From Utricularia gibba (lineage: Eukaryota; Plantae; Magnoliophyta): DNA of 64,000 nt. This document shows, one piece after another, positions 28,040-41,498 of this stretch. Location of the stretch: positions 1,612,001 through 1,676,000 of the forward strand of contig CM007992.1 of assembly GCA_002189035.1 (NCBI GenBank), in the 5' to 3' direction. The position numbers and the translations under genes are program-made. Within the stretch, counting starts at the first letter, position 1, and every line of letters begins with the position of its first letter. The notes under the pieces were generated by a model that worked only from the letters and a program-made list of their open reading frames with translations, had not been told where the DNA came from and made no database searches.

Positions 28040-30920
28040 TAAAAATCAAATGCTGGGATAATAGAGATAAAATAAGAAAAATCCTAATGCCTGAATCCCT
28101 TTGCGCAATGGCGCCAAAAACTTGATGGTGATTCTGCAAGTGCACAGAAACTGTCGAAGTATTAAAATAAGATCGTATCCACAGTGAATTGTTATTGGAA
28201 TTTTCTCTTCAAAATAAAGACTTAAAGAAGATTGAAAACAAAAGAAACATTTGGTTTTTAAAAACAATAAGAAAAGTGGCCTTGGACCTAAGATCCACTT
28301 TACTTGAAACTTGCCCTTGCGTGTGTTCAAACCTTGAGAACTGACCTGCTTGCGCAAGCTTTGGGGGTGTTATGCTAAAATAGTGCTACTCGGTGACTAT
28401 TATAGCACCGTCCCTTGTTTTGTGGGATTATGGAATTAACCACACCACCAGAGCCATTTCACCTCTTGTGATAACCCATGTTTTCCCCACACCCAAATCT
28501 AACCCCTACACCTCACACCTCGCAGATAGATTAGACAGAATGTGTCTTACCAACGATGTCCGATTGAGCCCTTCTCCTTAGGTGCTTGAGGCCAACCTTT
28601 GATTCTCCCATACTCCCTTAGGGCTATATGGTACTAAAGATCACTTTGGTAAAGAAAACGTTGCGAAAAACAGAATCAGACCTCAAATTAAATGCTCAAA
28701 AACATAGTAAGACAGTCACACGTGCAGGACTTGCGCAAGCAAGGCTTCACAGTAGATCCTCAGTCGCAAGCGCTCATACGCGCATGCTTGACTCTAAACA
28801 ACAAAAGTTGATGAAAAACGAAGAGAAAGGAATCCAAAACATACTAGACTCGACTCTAAACCCTAGATTGACTCTTTGGTCGTCCACCCTTGACTCTCCT
28901 CTAGATCTTCGCGTTTGGATCTTTATATAATAGTGGGGATTTGTTGGGCTTTCTTGATGGGCTCTCATCAAATCTTCTATCCGAATCTTCTAAGATTTGT
29001 TACAAATCTTCTAGGATAAGATCCAAATTTTCTAAGATAATATGGGAATCTTATCTTATCCGAGAATCTTTGACCGAGTCTTCGTCTGGATAGACCGAAT
29101 CTTTGCTTCCATCAAGGTCAACTCGAAAATCCTCCAAATTATTCCAAATTCGTCCTGAAAAATCACAAAACACACTTTCCCTCCAAAAAGATCAAAGTGG
29201 TATGAAAGATATAAATTTTTTCTAAAAACATAAGGAAAGTGGGATAAAAAGAATGCAAAACTCATCTACGTGAGTCGTAATAAGTAAAAATATAAGTGAC
29301 ACAAAATCACTTATCAACTCCCCTACACTTAAATGTTTGCTTGTTCTCATGCAATTGTTCAGGACATTTTCCTTCAAAATAGTAGCTTGCAAATAGAGTT
29401 AAGGCAACAATATGCATAAGTTATTCAATGGCATACCATACACTAGCTCCCCTTGCACGTGGCTACTCCTCACAGATGTCACTCAATACGCTCAAGAAGA
29501 AAAATCCATAAGAGGAGAGTAAAATGAAAAGGTTCACTCAGTACCTGAATGTAGGTGAGCCAGTAAACTTGCGCAAGTGATCCACTGGTTTCAGCAAACT
29601 TGTGCAATCATGAGGTCTTTTTCACGGGTTGTAGCATGGCAAGATCTTGGGACAGGTGGGAAATTCGGCTGGAGGCTCCATTTCAGGGGTAATAAGGAGT
29701 GAGCATCCATCAAACAATTCTGCCATGCTTGTCCTTTGATTTTCGTGCTCCATGAAACTCCTTCTCTTTCAGTTTTGTGGCTTGTTCCAACCTTTCAGTC
29801 TTTTTTCTCTCTTCTTCTCATCTTCTTCTTCTCTTTTCTCTTTTTTTTCTTTCTTCTCTTTTTTTTTTTTCAAAATCAACTCTCTCTCGGACATGATGTT
29901 ATTGAAAATCTTTTCATAAATTCTTGAGATAGAGCTTGATCAAAGAATTGAAAATCGCTCTCAACTTTTCTTCTTTGCAATAGAGCTCCTGGTTCTGCGA
30001 CTTGCGCAAGAAAACGAACAGAACTATTTTCCAGATGCTCATTCCTTGGGTCGAGAGAAATTGATGTAGGCTATAATTGTCAAAACGGATTTGGCTTCTA
30101 ATGTGGTGATCCAAATAAAAGGTTTCAGGCCAAGCGGGCTCACTAAGTGGATTCAAGGTGGGATATTGGGATAAAACAAGGCAAATCCTAGTGCCTCAAT
30201 CCTTTTGCACAAGACCTGCAGAATAACTCAGCAGTATGCACAAGAACAAGTCTATGATCATTCTGCATTCAAGTCACTCATAATGAAAAGAAAATGGTCT
30301 CCTCACCAAGAAATTAGGGCTATGTAGCTTGCGCAAGGGACAGAAAGTAACAGCATGCCAAGAAACAACATAGCAACAGGCATACCAATATTCTAATTTA
30401 CAGCAACTATCTCGAAAAAATAATACCAAAAACAGATGCCTAGGTTACAGCAAAACATAAAATGCAAGGAGTTGATTAATGAAATATATGCCAAATTTCG
30501 AATTTTTTTTTAAAGGTATGAAAAACAATCTAGAAAGTAAACTATTCCCCCCCCCCCTCCCCACACTTAAATGACATCTTGTCCTCAAGATGGGCAGAAA
30601 TACTTACCTTTCGTCAGGTGCTCTGATGTATCTAATAGTATGGAATTTTTCCTCAAAAGTATCCATTGCACCTATGCTTATTGAAGAGAAAGAAGAAAAG
30701 AAAAACAATGCAAGAGAAAATCGAAAATAAAATAACTAAAAGGGAAATCACTTTTTTTTGTAATGGCAACAAGTAAACCATAGGTGCTTTCTCATCAAGA
30801 TGAGGGGTGGTGAGAGAGGTTCACTGGAACATGCAATGTGTCCATGGAAGATTTTACCCCTTCATGAAACCGTTTCAATCTCTGAATATTTACTGTGAAT
30901 TCTCCATGGTCAGGATGAAA
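28040..30920 (-). mobile_element. Inverted Athila-like segment: pol end, internal PPT, 3' region, PPT, LTR (28123-29316), PBS
   Basis: Minus strand shows EFTVNIQRLKRFHEG (integrase tail, ~30850), a polypurine run at 30546-30560, PPT 29317-29330, a full LTR, then PBS tggcgccattgcgcaa at ~28101-28116. Confidence 0.85.
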
Positions 30921-30924
30921 AGAG

Positions 30925-32720
30925 CCCACAAAGATGAAAGAGAAGGAGTTCCTTGGAGTACGAAAATCAAAAGGCAAGCATGACATAATTGTTTGATGGA
31001 TGCTCTCTTTATTACCCATGAAATGGAGCCTCCAACCGAATTTCCTACCTGTCCCAAGCTCCTGCCGTGCTACAACCCGAGAAAAAAACCTCATGATTGC
31101 GCAAGCTTGCTGAAACTAGTGGATCACTTGCACAAGTCTACTGACGTGCCTACATTCAGGTATTGAGCGATCCGCTTTTCATTTCACCCTCCTCTTATGG
31201 ATTTCTTTTGTTGAGCGTATTGAGTGACTTGTGAGGAGTAGCTACGTGCAAGAGGAGCTAGTGGATGGTGTAATATTGAATAACTCATGCATTTTGCTAG
31301 CTTTACTTCTATTTGAAATTTACTACTTTGGAGGAAAATAACTTGAACAATTGCTTGAGGACAAGCAATATCTAAGTGTGGGGAGTTGATAAGTGATTTT
31401 GTGTCGTTCCAAAACATGTTCTTCCACTACTCTTGACTGTTGTTTTTACTTATCTTAGAACCCACTTTCTCATTATTCTCAATTGATTTTGCATCTTTCA
31501 CACTACTTTGATCTTTTTGAAGGGAAAGTGTATTTTGTGAATTTTTAGGGTACTTTTGGATCAATTGGAGGAGAAATCAAGATGCACCAAATTATGGACT
31601 TGATGGGCCACGAATCTCAACCCAAGACTCGGTCAAACAATGAAGATTTGGTCCAAGATTCGTGGATAAGATAGAGATATGAAGAAGATCTTCGAAGATT
31701 TGGATAAACAATTTGGATAGAAGATCTTGTCCAAGCCCATCGAATAAGCTTAATACGAAGACTTGGATCTACTCTCCAATAAATACCCCACCCTCTCAAC
31801 CATTAGAAACGTCTTTGACCACTTTTCCTTTGTACTTTTCCTATTTTCATGTCTATTTTCATGTTAGAGTCAAGTCTGCGTGTATAGGCGCTTGCGGTTG
31901 AGGATCGCGGTGAAGCCTTGCTTGCACAAGTTCTACGCGTGTGACTGTTTTACTATGTTTTTCGACATTTAAATTGAGGTTTAATTCTGTTTTTCGCAAC
32001 GTTTTCTTTATCAATGTGCTTTTTAGTATCACACAACTCGAAGGGATTGTGAGAGAATCAAAGGTTGGCATGAAGCACCTTAGGAGAAGGGCTCAATCGG
32101 ACATCGTTGGTAAGGCACATTCTGTCTAATATGTCTGCAAGGTGTGAGGTGTAGGGGTTAGATTTGGGTGTGGAGAAAACATGGGTTATCACAAGAGGTG
32201 AAAATGGCTCTGGTGGTGTGGTTGATTCCATAATCCCACAAAACAAGGAACAGTGCTATAACGGTCATCGAATAGCACTACTTTAGAATAACACCCCCAG
32301 AACTTCTACAAGCAGGTCAGTTTTCAAGGTTTACACATACAAGTTTGGATGAGTTTTAAGCAAGGTTAATCTTGGATCCAAGGTCAATTTTCTTAGTGTT
32401 TTCAAAACCAAATCTTTCTTGTGTTTTCGTTCTTTTTTTAGTTTTTGTTTTGAAAAGAAAATTTCAATAACAATTCCCTGTGGATACGATCTTATTTTAT
32501 TATTTCGACGGTTTCTATGCACTTGCAAAATTACCATCAAGTTTCTAAACCCATTGCTGCACCAGCCATTAACGTGTGGAGATTCCAACTGCAACCTTCA
32601 TTGATCACCATGGTGCAGCATAGCCCATTTCGTGGAGAACCCGATGAGGATCCCGAAGAACACATTGCAATTTTTCTCAAGTATTGTGAGATGGTGGTGG
32701 AATGAGGAGTCTCCGATGAC
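30925..32720 (+). mobile_element. Athila-like 3' region, PPT, LTR (31387-32539) and gag fragment
   Basis: aagtgtggggagt|TGataag...accatCA, followed by PAINVWRFQLQPSLITMVQHSPFRGEPDEDPEEHIAIFLKYCE..GVSDD (gag). Confidence 0.9.
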
Positions 32721-33389
32721 GGGAACAGTGAATTAATTATTCGAACTTTCTTAAAAACAACTTGAAAAGAATTAAAAATAAAACAAAAGGATTATTTTAA
32801 AAATAATATATAAAAATATCATGGGATCTAGGTTTTACTTTAATAAAACTCCCCATTGATATAAAAACACTTATTTGCTTATTGTTGTGGTGGAAAATCG
32901 ATATTCCGATTTCTGAGCTGTGGATATGGCCGGATGTATCGTATCCAGTTAGGATTTTAATGCTTTACTTGGTGTGGTTAACAGAAATAAAGATACAGGG
33001 ATTTTTTACATGAAAACTTGTCTATTGCTCGCCAGAAAATGACTTTCACTAGATGGGGATGAAGAGAAGATACAAGTTGGAGGGTTTGGAGTCGAACCCT
33101 TTCCACTGTAATGTTTCTCGCATTTATAGGTGAGATGAGCCTGATCGAATTCTGAATTCTGCAGTTGTCGACTGTTTTCTGCGCCTGTTGTACATACAAT
33201 GGTTCTACTATCAGATAACCGTCAATTGCTCTGTCATTGCCGTAATTTGGCTACTTTTTAGTTTGTCCAAAGCGGTCGCCACTGACAAACTCTGACAGTG
33301 ATTGATCTATCGGCTTGCACCAAGGTGTCAGAACACCTTTTGGCTACTTTTCAGGAACCGATTATCCCAATCCGATTTAGACCCCATCA
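32717..33389. mobile_element. LTR-like fragment of another family
   Basis: Termini tgacggg / cccatca are nearly inverted and it interrupts the gag fragment. No TSD found. Confidence 0.4.
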
Positions 33390-33415
33390 CTTATGTAAGT
33401 TTTGAGGATAAGATT

Positions 33416-34840
33416 TGATAGCACACAAATTTTCATGTTTTTAGGATATGAAAATCATGAGTTTTTAATTATGTTTAGTTGTTTATTTTATAGTTTTAAG
33501 TATTTTTATATATAATTTAGGGAAACGTAATTTTTGGTGTGTTGGGCTAAATCCCTTGATTAAGCCCACCCACGTTCTAACCCAATTTTGAGTCCAGCAA
33601 CTACCTAAAAATCATGGAAATGTCAAGGATTTCATGTAAGTTACCGCGCAGCAGGAAGTAATGAATACATTTTCCCGACAATAGTCTGCAAGTCAGGGCT
33701 AAGAGTAGTATATTTGTGCAAGAATGTACTTGCCTTGGGTAGTGGGAGGCGAGAGAAAGGGAGAGGAGAGAGAATCACAAGGGGACAACGTGTTTTTCAG
33801 AATACACACGGGGGATTTTCCCTCCAACATTCAGCAACCCCCAACGGCGGGAGGACGACTTCTCCAACAACAACAACACCTCCAACACGAAGAACACTGA
33901 CCAAAAGAGGAGAAGAAGAACTTCATCCTCAAGAACAGCATCGAAACCCGTTCAGCGCAACGGTTTTGGTCCAGGAACAGTAGCAGACGGAAACAAGACT
34001 TCTTACTGCTTTGTTTTCATTTATTGATGTTTTCAGTTTCTGCAACCAACTTCTGCACGATGTTCCTAACGTTTTCGTTGTTTTATGTTAATGTCATTGC
34101 TTTTTACCTTCCAAATATGAGTAACTAAACCCCTATGGGTCTCTTAAGGTGAAGCATGTTGGTGTGGTCTAGGAATCTTAATAAAATTGACCATTGTTTC
34201 TTAGCTCTTGTTTCTATCAAACCATGGGTAGATCTAAGGAGGGAAACAAGTAGCTTCACAACTTAGATGCTTGATTTAGAGGTAGACCAACAAATCAAGA
34301 CGGGAGCAGTATGTGTTAGTTCGGGTAGAACTAGTAGAACCGGGTAGACCTAATTCTATATGCTTTGCATGCGGGTAGACCTAATTGCAATGTTGGTGAT
34401 GATATGAGGGACTAGCTTAGCCGAAAATATGATGAATAACCTGTGTAGACTTGGGTTATTTGAAGTTGTAAGTGTAGGAACATGGTAGATTAAATTATGG
34501 ATTTTCGCACCATACCACCTGAAGACCCTTAAGGAACATTAGTATTATTTTGAGTTAGAACCAGTACCCGTTACCTTAGCATTAAGACCTGATATTGTTT
34601 ACTGATCTTGTTTACCGAACTTATTTACCACTGTCGGTTCGAGCTTAGACTAAGACTTACCATTACTTTAAATTCTGCATCTGTTGAATAAATGACAAGC
34701 ACAAGCTCTTTGTGATCAACCTCGAATTCCACTGTACACTTTGTATTTAATTTGTATTTTGTGAGAATTAGGAACTATAAATTTATTTGATACGGATTTC
34801 TATTTTTATTGCAACGATATTAGGAATTTTCCGTTTATCA
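33416..34840 (+). mobile_element. Solo LTR (family B)
   Basis: TGatag...ttatCA with TSD agatt / acatt (4 of 5 match); reverse-complement copy at 41499-42914. Confidence 0.85.
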
Positions 34841-36145
34841 ACATTGTAAAATAGTATTATTCGGTAATCGTTATAATATTGATCCTTGTTTAATGAGATT
34901 ATAAAATCAATCAAGTCTTCAAAGTCATTTTCAACTTTGTGATAGTTCATGTTTTTCCCACACTTGATCCTAATCCATACAACTCATATCTTCGTAGACA
35001 AATTAGGTTAAATATGTCTTACCAATGATATTTGATTGAACTCTTTCACTTAGGTGCATGAGGTAAATTTGGCATTCTTCTACATTCTCTTAAGGTTCTA
35101 TAATACCAAATATCACATTGGTAAATAAATATATATATATATATTGCAAAAAATGAAATAACTTCAAATTAAATATAGAAAAACATAATAAAATAATTAC
35201 ATGCTTGCACGAACAAAACTTTATGGCATATCTTTAGTCGCAAATGACTACATGCACATATTCAATCTAACATACAAAAATTGATGAAAAATGAACGTAA
35301 ATAAAATTAACAGATATTGAAGTCGATTTTAGATTTTTTTTAGAGCAAAAATGTCATCATAAAAAATTTTGATTTTAAATTGAATAAATTAAATTATATG
35401 TTTTTTATCGTGTAATACTATAACTATCAAATCAATTTAACAGGTATTATGCTATACTACGTCTTGTTTTAAAATTTACCAAATAAGCTTTTAATCTTCA
35501 TAATGATTTTCGTATTTGACGTATTCCCTATTTTAAGTTGATCGAATTGAACATTGCAGTTTTAATCGCAAATCCAACTCACTGACTTGGAAGCTTCAAC
35601 TCCGTAGATTCTTCATGCAAATCCATTGTCATGTTACCCAAATTTTGTTTCCTCGTCCCGCGGCATCCAGTTGAATATACTACAACTGGGAGATGCTTAA
35701 AATCAGCAATGATTATACTAAATTGTTCATTCCAATGCAAACCCTAATTATTTAATGGTGAAATCTTGAAACTCAACGACTTCGTTGTCAGAGCATCGAC
35801 TTGTAAGTGATGGAAAGTTGAAGTCTTTCTTGAGTTTGGAACAAGAGACGTAGCTGGGTCCAACTCCTAAGTTCATACATAACCTGTCTGTTCTCGTTTC
35901 TCAAGGTGGCTTCTATTAAAGCAGCATGCGTTGCATCTCTCGCCTGCATCTCATACTTCATAGAATTAGCTTTGCTGAGAGAAGAGGTTATGCTGATCGA
36001 ACGGCTCCTTCGTGACGGTGGCAGTGAGTGAGCAAGACGGCAGTCTTTTGATACTCCCAGCTCCTTTCTGTTGAAAAAACTTGGATGCCAGTACTTCATT
36101 TCCTTGACAAGTGCTTTGCTTTCACTTGGTTTCAGGTAGAAGAGA

Positions 36146-37092
36146 ATGCAAACGTTCAAGCTTGTCAACCAGGAAAAAGAGGTGTAGGAGCATGAAGTTG
36201 CTTTCAGAACAAATTCGTGCATGCAAATGTTCAACAAGTTTCGAGGAGAATCTGAAACAAGTAGTAGTAGCAAATTGGAGCAAGGTTACTTTGCGGAACG
36301 GAGCCAAGGAACCTTGAGAAGCATTGAAGCCAAAGATATCCATCATTTTGTTGTGAATTACTTGGATATAACACGAGATGCAAACAGTTTATTGGAAACC
36401 ATACTTTGGAATATCCATCAAGCCACCAATAGTCACAACAGAGTGGAGCAGATTGATCAACAACTAATTGATGATGCAACATGGGATAACTTCTCAAATT
36501 CAGCTCAAGACAAGTTGCGCGAGTTGCATCATTGGCACGGATTATTCTTCAAGGGTTGACATCGAGAATGAGGAAGATGCGGAGGAGAAGACAACGCAGG
36601 CGCTTGGTTACATGGGCAATGGCAATTTCTGCAGTATTATCTGCAACAGCAGTTGCAACCCTAATACTTACACTGCACATGGCTGTAGGAATAGTGGCTG
36701 CACCAGGTATCCTAGCGTTAGTTCTTGCCATCTTTAAGATGAAGAAATGCATGCAGAATTCGAAGAGGACCCGACTTCCGAGTCAGCTCGACGCTGCAGC
36801 AAAAGGGGCTTATACGCTGATGCATCATCTGGCTACAGCAGGCTGGCTAATGCAGAGGGTTAGTGATGATATGGAGCACATGAAATTTGTGAAGGAGATT
36901 GCAATCACAAATGGAAACATTAAAGCATCAAGGCAAGTGATGGAAGACTTGCAAATGCGTCAATCTTGCTTTCATGAACACCTGGAAGATCTGAAGAAGC
37001 ACCCCTACCTGTGCTTACTTGACATAAATCAATCAAGAAGGCAAGTTTTCAACATCACGAACACAGTTTTGCATATGAAAACTGCCAGTTAA
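36146..37092 (+). pseudogene. UPF0496/DUF677 family pseudogene
   Basis: MQTFKLVNQEKEV*EHEVAFRTNS (in-frame TAG at 36185), 1-nt frameshift near 36545, then LTSRMRKMRRRR..TM..SQLDAAAKGAYTL..CLLDINQSRRQV. Confidence 0.8.
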
Positions 37093-38295
37093 GTTCAAGA
37101 TCTACTCAAGCCCAAAGTTTTTCTTCTTGAGAAAGTCTCTCACATATTAATAAAAATCAAAGTTTCCGGCGACTCCTCAACAATGGGCTGCACTAGCCTC
37201 CTCAAATCTTCCGACTCCTGATCCTGCTCATGAATGGGATATGAAGAACGACGTTGCTCAACTTCATTGCTGTTTTCCTTCAAATCTGTAAAATGGTGGG
37301 AAGCGTTGTCGGAGTTCGCCTCCGGCATCGAAATTGCCCAACAGCTCTACTCTCAGGGAAATTTCGAAATCCTTCAGCTTAAGCCCGGCACCGACCGGCA
37401 GTGAATTTACTTTTTGGACTCGACACCTTATTTGTGGGTACGCATCCGAAGTTGTTTTGCATTGGAATTTGGAAATATGGAGTCACAAAAACCTTCATTC
37501 ATTCTTTTCCATTAGTAGGTATAGCCGTTTCCATTTGAATTAATTTTTTTTATAAATATTTTAAAACAATGTGAAACAAGGGGAAGCAAATGTTTGCATG
37601 GACACGTGACATCCACAAACGTGAGATCATTAATTTGAAAAATTGAAAATCTTTGTGTAAGACTTCCAAATCTCTGCTCCAACTTATTCTCTATCTTTTA
37701 GAATAAACATATTTTATATTAAATACAAAATTATTTCCTTACAAAATCAAGTGATTAGTCCAGAGTACAAAAAAATCTTTCCATAAACACCAAAGCTTTT
37801 AAAAATGGGTTAAATCTATCTTTAAATCCAATTTTAATCCACTTCCCTCAATCTTCCTGTGAAGAAATATTCCAACCAACTATGGTTTATTTCTTTTGTG
37901 TTGTACAATATAAGAGAGAAATCTGATCCTATGGAATATTCTTATGCACTTGGAACATTTTTAATTTGTATAATGAGTGTAATATTCTTGTTATGCCACC
38001 ATCTTAACCCAATTAGGTATTTTTGTTACATTATGGAAAACAAAGAAAGACACTTTCAACCACCCACAGCCTCACAAACATCCCAACTAAAATTGTGTTT
38101 TTCATTGAAGCTTCTTGGAATTGGAATAGAGTAAAAGAGTGACCAAATGGATGAAGAAAGGGATGATGAAATATACAAGTTGTGTGTTCTATCTCAGAAC
38201 GAATACTACCAAGAGCCGTGAGTGTCTGTCTCTCTGTCTGTCTGTCATCAACACAACACAAGCGCCACCCCGCTCCCACCACTGGCGCCCTGGAG

Positions 38296-39483
38296 ATGGA
38301 GATGCAGCACAGTGACGGAGCCTTTGATGTGATCGTGGTCGGAGCCGGCGTAATGGGCAGCGCCGCCGCATACCAGACCGCAAAAAGAGGCCTCAACACT
38401 CTGCTTCTCGAGCAGTTCGATTTCCTCCACCACCGCGGTTCTTCCCACGGAGAATCCCGCACCATCCGGGTCACCTATGCGAAGCTGCACTATCCCAAAA
38501 TGGTCTTGGAATCGTCTCGCCTCTGGGAAGAAGCCCAAACGGAAGCAGGATTCAAGGTCTATTTCAAAACCAGCCATGTCGACATGGGGCCATCCCAAAG
38601 GGAGTCACTGCTCGCAGTCTTTGAAAGTTGCCGCAGAAACTCTATCCCCGTCACAATTCTCCACGGGAATCAACTGTCTCAGGAGTTCTCCGGTGTTTTC
38701 AGGCTGCCGGAGGACTGGATCGCGGTGGTGAACGAGCACGGCGGAGTTATAAAGCCGACGAAAGCGGTGGCCATGTTTCAAGCACTTGCGCTGCGCCACG
38801 GCGGCGTTCTCAAGGACAACAAACAAGTAGTTGACATCTTCAAGGACCCATTGACAAGCGAAACAATCTTACGCACCGCTGATGCTGAAGAATTCCGATG
38901 CAAAAAATGCGTAATCACGGTGGGGGCTTGGACCAGAAAACTGATCGGCAAAGTAAGAGGCGGCTTAGATCTACCGATTCAACCATTGGAGACCACCGTC
39001 ATGTACTGGAAACTCAAAGACGGGTGTGAAAACAAATTCACCATCAACAACGGCTTCCCCACATTCGCAAGCTACGGTGACCCCTTCATCTACGGAACGC
39101 CGTCGTTAGAATTCCCAGGACTCATGAAAATCATTGTGGACGCCGGCGTTGCTTGTGAACCTGAGGAGCGGACGTGGGCGGCGCCGAAGTCTGGGTTTGA
39201 GGCGTTGGCGCGGTGGATAAAGGACAGATTTGGCGATTTGGTGGAATCAGAGAAGCCTGTAATGACGCAATCCTGCTTGTACTCCATGACGCCTGATGAG
39301 GACTTTGTGATCGATTTCTTAGGAGGTGAATTCGGGGAAAACGTCGTCGTTTGCGCCGGATTTTCGGGGCATGGGTTCAAGATGGCGCCGTTGATCGGAC
39401 GCATAGCGGCGGACCTGGTGGAGCGTGGATCCACGCACGGCGTGGAGCTCAACCTCTTCAAGCTGGGAAGATTTCGAGCGTAA
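38296..39483 (+). CDS. SOX: Sarcosine oxidase / L-pipecolate oxidase (MSOX/PIPOX family), copy 1, intronless
   Basis: FDVIVVGAGVMGSAAAY (FAD-binding), GSSHGESRTIR, SCLYSMTPDEDFVID (flavin-linked Cys), GFSGHGFKMAP. The upstream open frame starts at 38182; likely ATG is 38296. Confidence 0.95.
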   Translation: MEMQHSDGAFDVIVVGAGVMGSAAAYQTAKRGLNTLLLEQFDFLHHRGSSHGESRTIRVTYAKLHYPKMVLESSRLWEEAQTEAGFKVYFKTSHVDMGPSQRESLLAVFESCRRNSIPVTILHGNQLSQEFSGVFRLPEDWIAVVNEHGGVIKPTKAVAMFQALALRHGGVLKDNKQVVDIFKDPLTSETILRTADAEEFRCKKCVITVGAWTRKLIGKVRGGLDLPIQPLETTVMYWKLKDGCENKFTINNGFPTFASYGDPFIYGTPSLEFPGLMKIIVDAGVACEPEERTWAAPKSGFEALARWIKDRFGDLVESEKPVMTQSCLYSMTPDEDFVIDFLGGEFGENVVVCAGFSGHGFKMAPLIGRIAADLVERGSTHGVELNLFKLGRFRA

Positions 39484-41498
39484 AGCCCAAAGAACTGATG
39501 CATCTGGAAGCCCAATTTAACAAGATGTAAGCCCAAAGCTTATAAAGCCCAAATAATTATCAATAAATTTCAAAAACACAAAAAAATTATTGATGAAGCT
39601 ATATATATGTTTTTAAGGAAAATACGCATCCACAACTTGTAATAAAAAAACAACCAGATTTAAGATTTTACAATGATAGTGAATTATAACTTATTTAATA
39701 ATATTAGATTCCTATATATATGTTTCTTGATTGCTCTTTTTGTATTTCATTGTTTTTCTAGAACTTTGTATATATTGATATTTATTGGGATTTTGAACAT
39801 AATTTTCTTGAATGATTAAGCACTTTAAAAACTTTTCATATGTAGTTAGGATATTGAAAATTGAGAGAGATTTTTTAAAACACATTACATAAAATTAAAA
39901 ACAATTATTTCTATAATAATCTCAAGATATACAAATTGGAGCCATAGAGTTTGGAGGTGTCAAATGAAACGATATTAGTTTTTAATGCACTAACAAGAAA
40001 AAAAAAAGATAAAAGATCGGTATGGTTCACTAAGTAAAAAGAGAGTAAGCTACATTGGATTCTGATTTTGGAAAAATTTGACAAGTTTTTCACATAAGAC
40101 TTGTCAAATTAATTAAATAGTATGCACAAGACATTTTTTTTATCAATTCAATTGTCGGAAATGATAAAATATAAAAGGATATCTCACATAAAAATTTTTG
40201 ACCTTGTACAATTAGGAAATTTGGAAAGTAAATAATCACATTATATAAGAGTTAAACATCTTACATAACCAAAATATTGTAAACAAAAATATCCAAATTG
40301 AAGCATCTTAAACTAATGTTTGAAGTATTGCAAAACATCAAATGTTAGACTGTAATAAGTGAGTTGAAGATAAGTACATTCATACAAACAAAGCAAAAAT
40401 AAAATGATATCATTCCATCATTGTTTATTACTAACCTATTTTAATAAATTTGAATAAATTTAACATCGATCAATTGCATCCAAAAAAATTAAATTTTTCT
40501 TTATTTGAAACAATTCACATATGTTATATTATATTATGTGTGTCATTTCTATAACAAATTGTAAAAGAAATTAAAACATAAGATAATCCAAGGATGTTGC
40601 AATTATAAAAATAAATAACAAAATAAATCTAAGTGATAAATCTTAAGCATACGTTTGATAGAAAGAATAAAGAAGGATAGTTAAATCAGAAAAGAAAAAT
40701 AGGATATTTAGTAGATGAGATAAATTATACTTTGGATAATTTATACCATGAATATGTGATAAAATAATAGGAGATAAAGGATTAAGATAAAATTATACTA
40801 TCACATAATCTCTCATTATATATTATTTCTTGTCCTTAATATAATTTATTCATATACCAAACACATTTTAAATAAAAGCATCGATCCTAAAATTGGAATA
40901 TTTTCCAATTATTTTCATCATAGCTCTAATTTTATCACATGTCGCACAAAAGTATGGTTCCCTATACATTTCATTCTTTACGAAAGGGAAAAAAGTAGCC
41001 ACGTAATAGTGAACCTCTTTTTGTGATTGGGATGAGGTGCTATGATTTTTTCCCAACTAGGAGGTTGATGGAATCGAAGTTTCTTTTGGTAGCCAATGAT
41101 CTACAGTGTTCCTCACACTTCCATGCTTGGTGAAGAAGAAGTAATCAAAGGTATGTTTGCTTGTTGCCATGTTCACAATCTCGAATTGGAATCGCTAGCC
41201 AGTTAGGTAAGATTGGAGTTAGAATGATCGAGAACATATACTAAGATACCTAAATAAGGAATAACATATATTCCTTTACATTCTCTTACAAACAAACATA
41301 ATAAATGCTTTATGTGGCTCCTCTTTAGACAATTGAAAAAATAAGAGTTACATTCATTGATTATCTTTACGGTTGAACTGTGCGTATGTACAAGAGTGTC
41401 ATCAATGATCAATAATTCAAATATGAGGTCACTATTTCTCTATTACACTAGAGTACGATCATGAATAAAGCAATGTATGCTTTGAATAAGAAGGATAT

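Noticed and set aside
39090-39536. Antisense ORF present in both SOX copies
   Set aside because: Its conservation is explained by the recent duplication of the sense gene.
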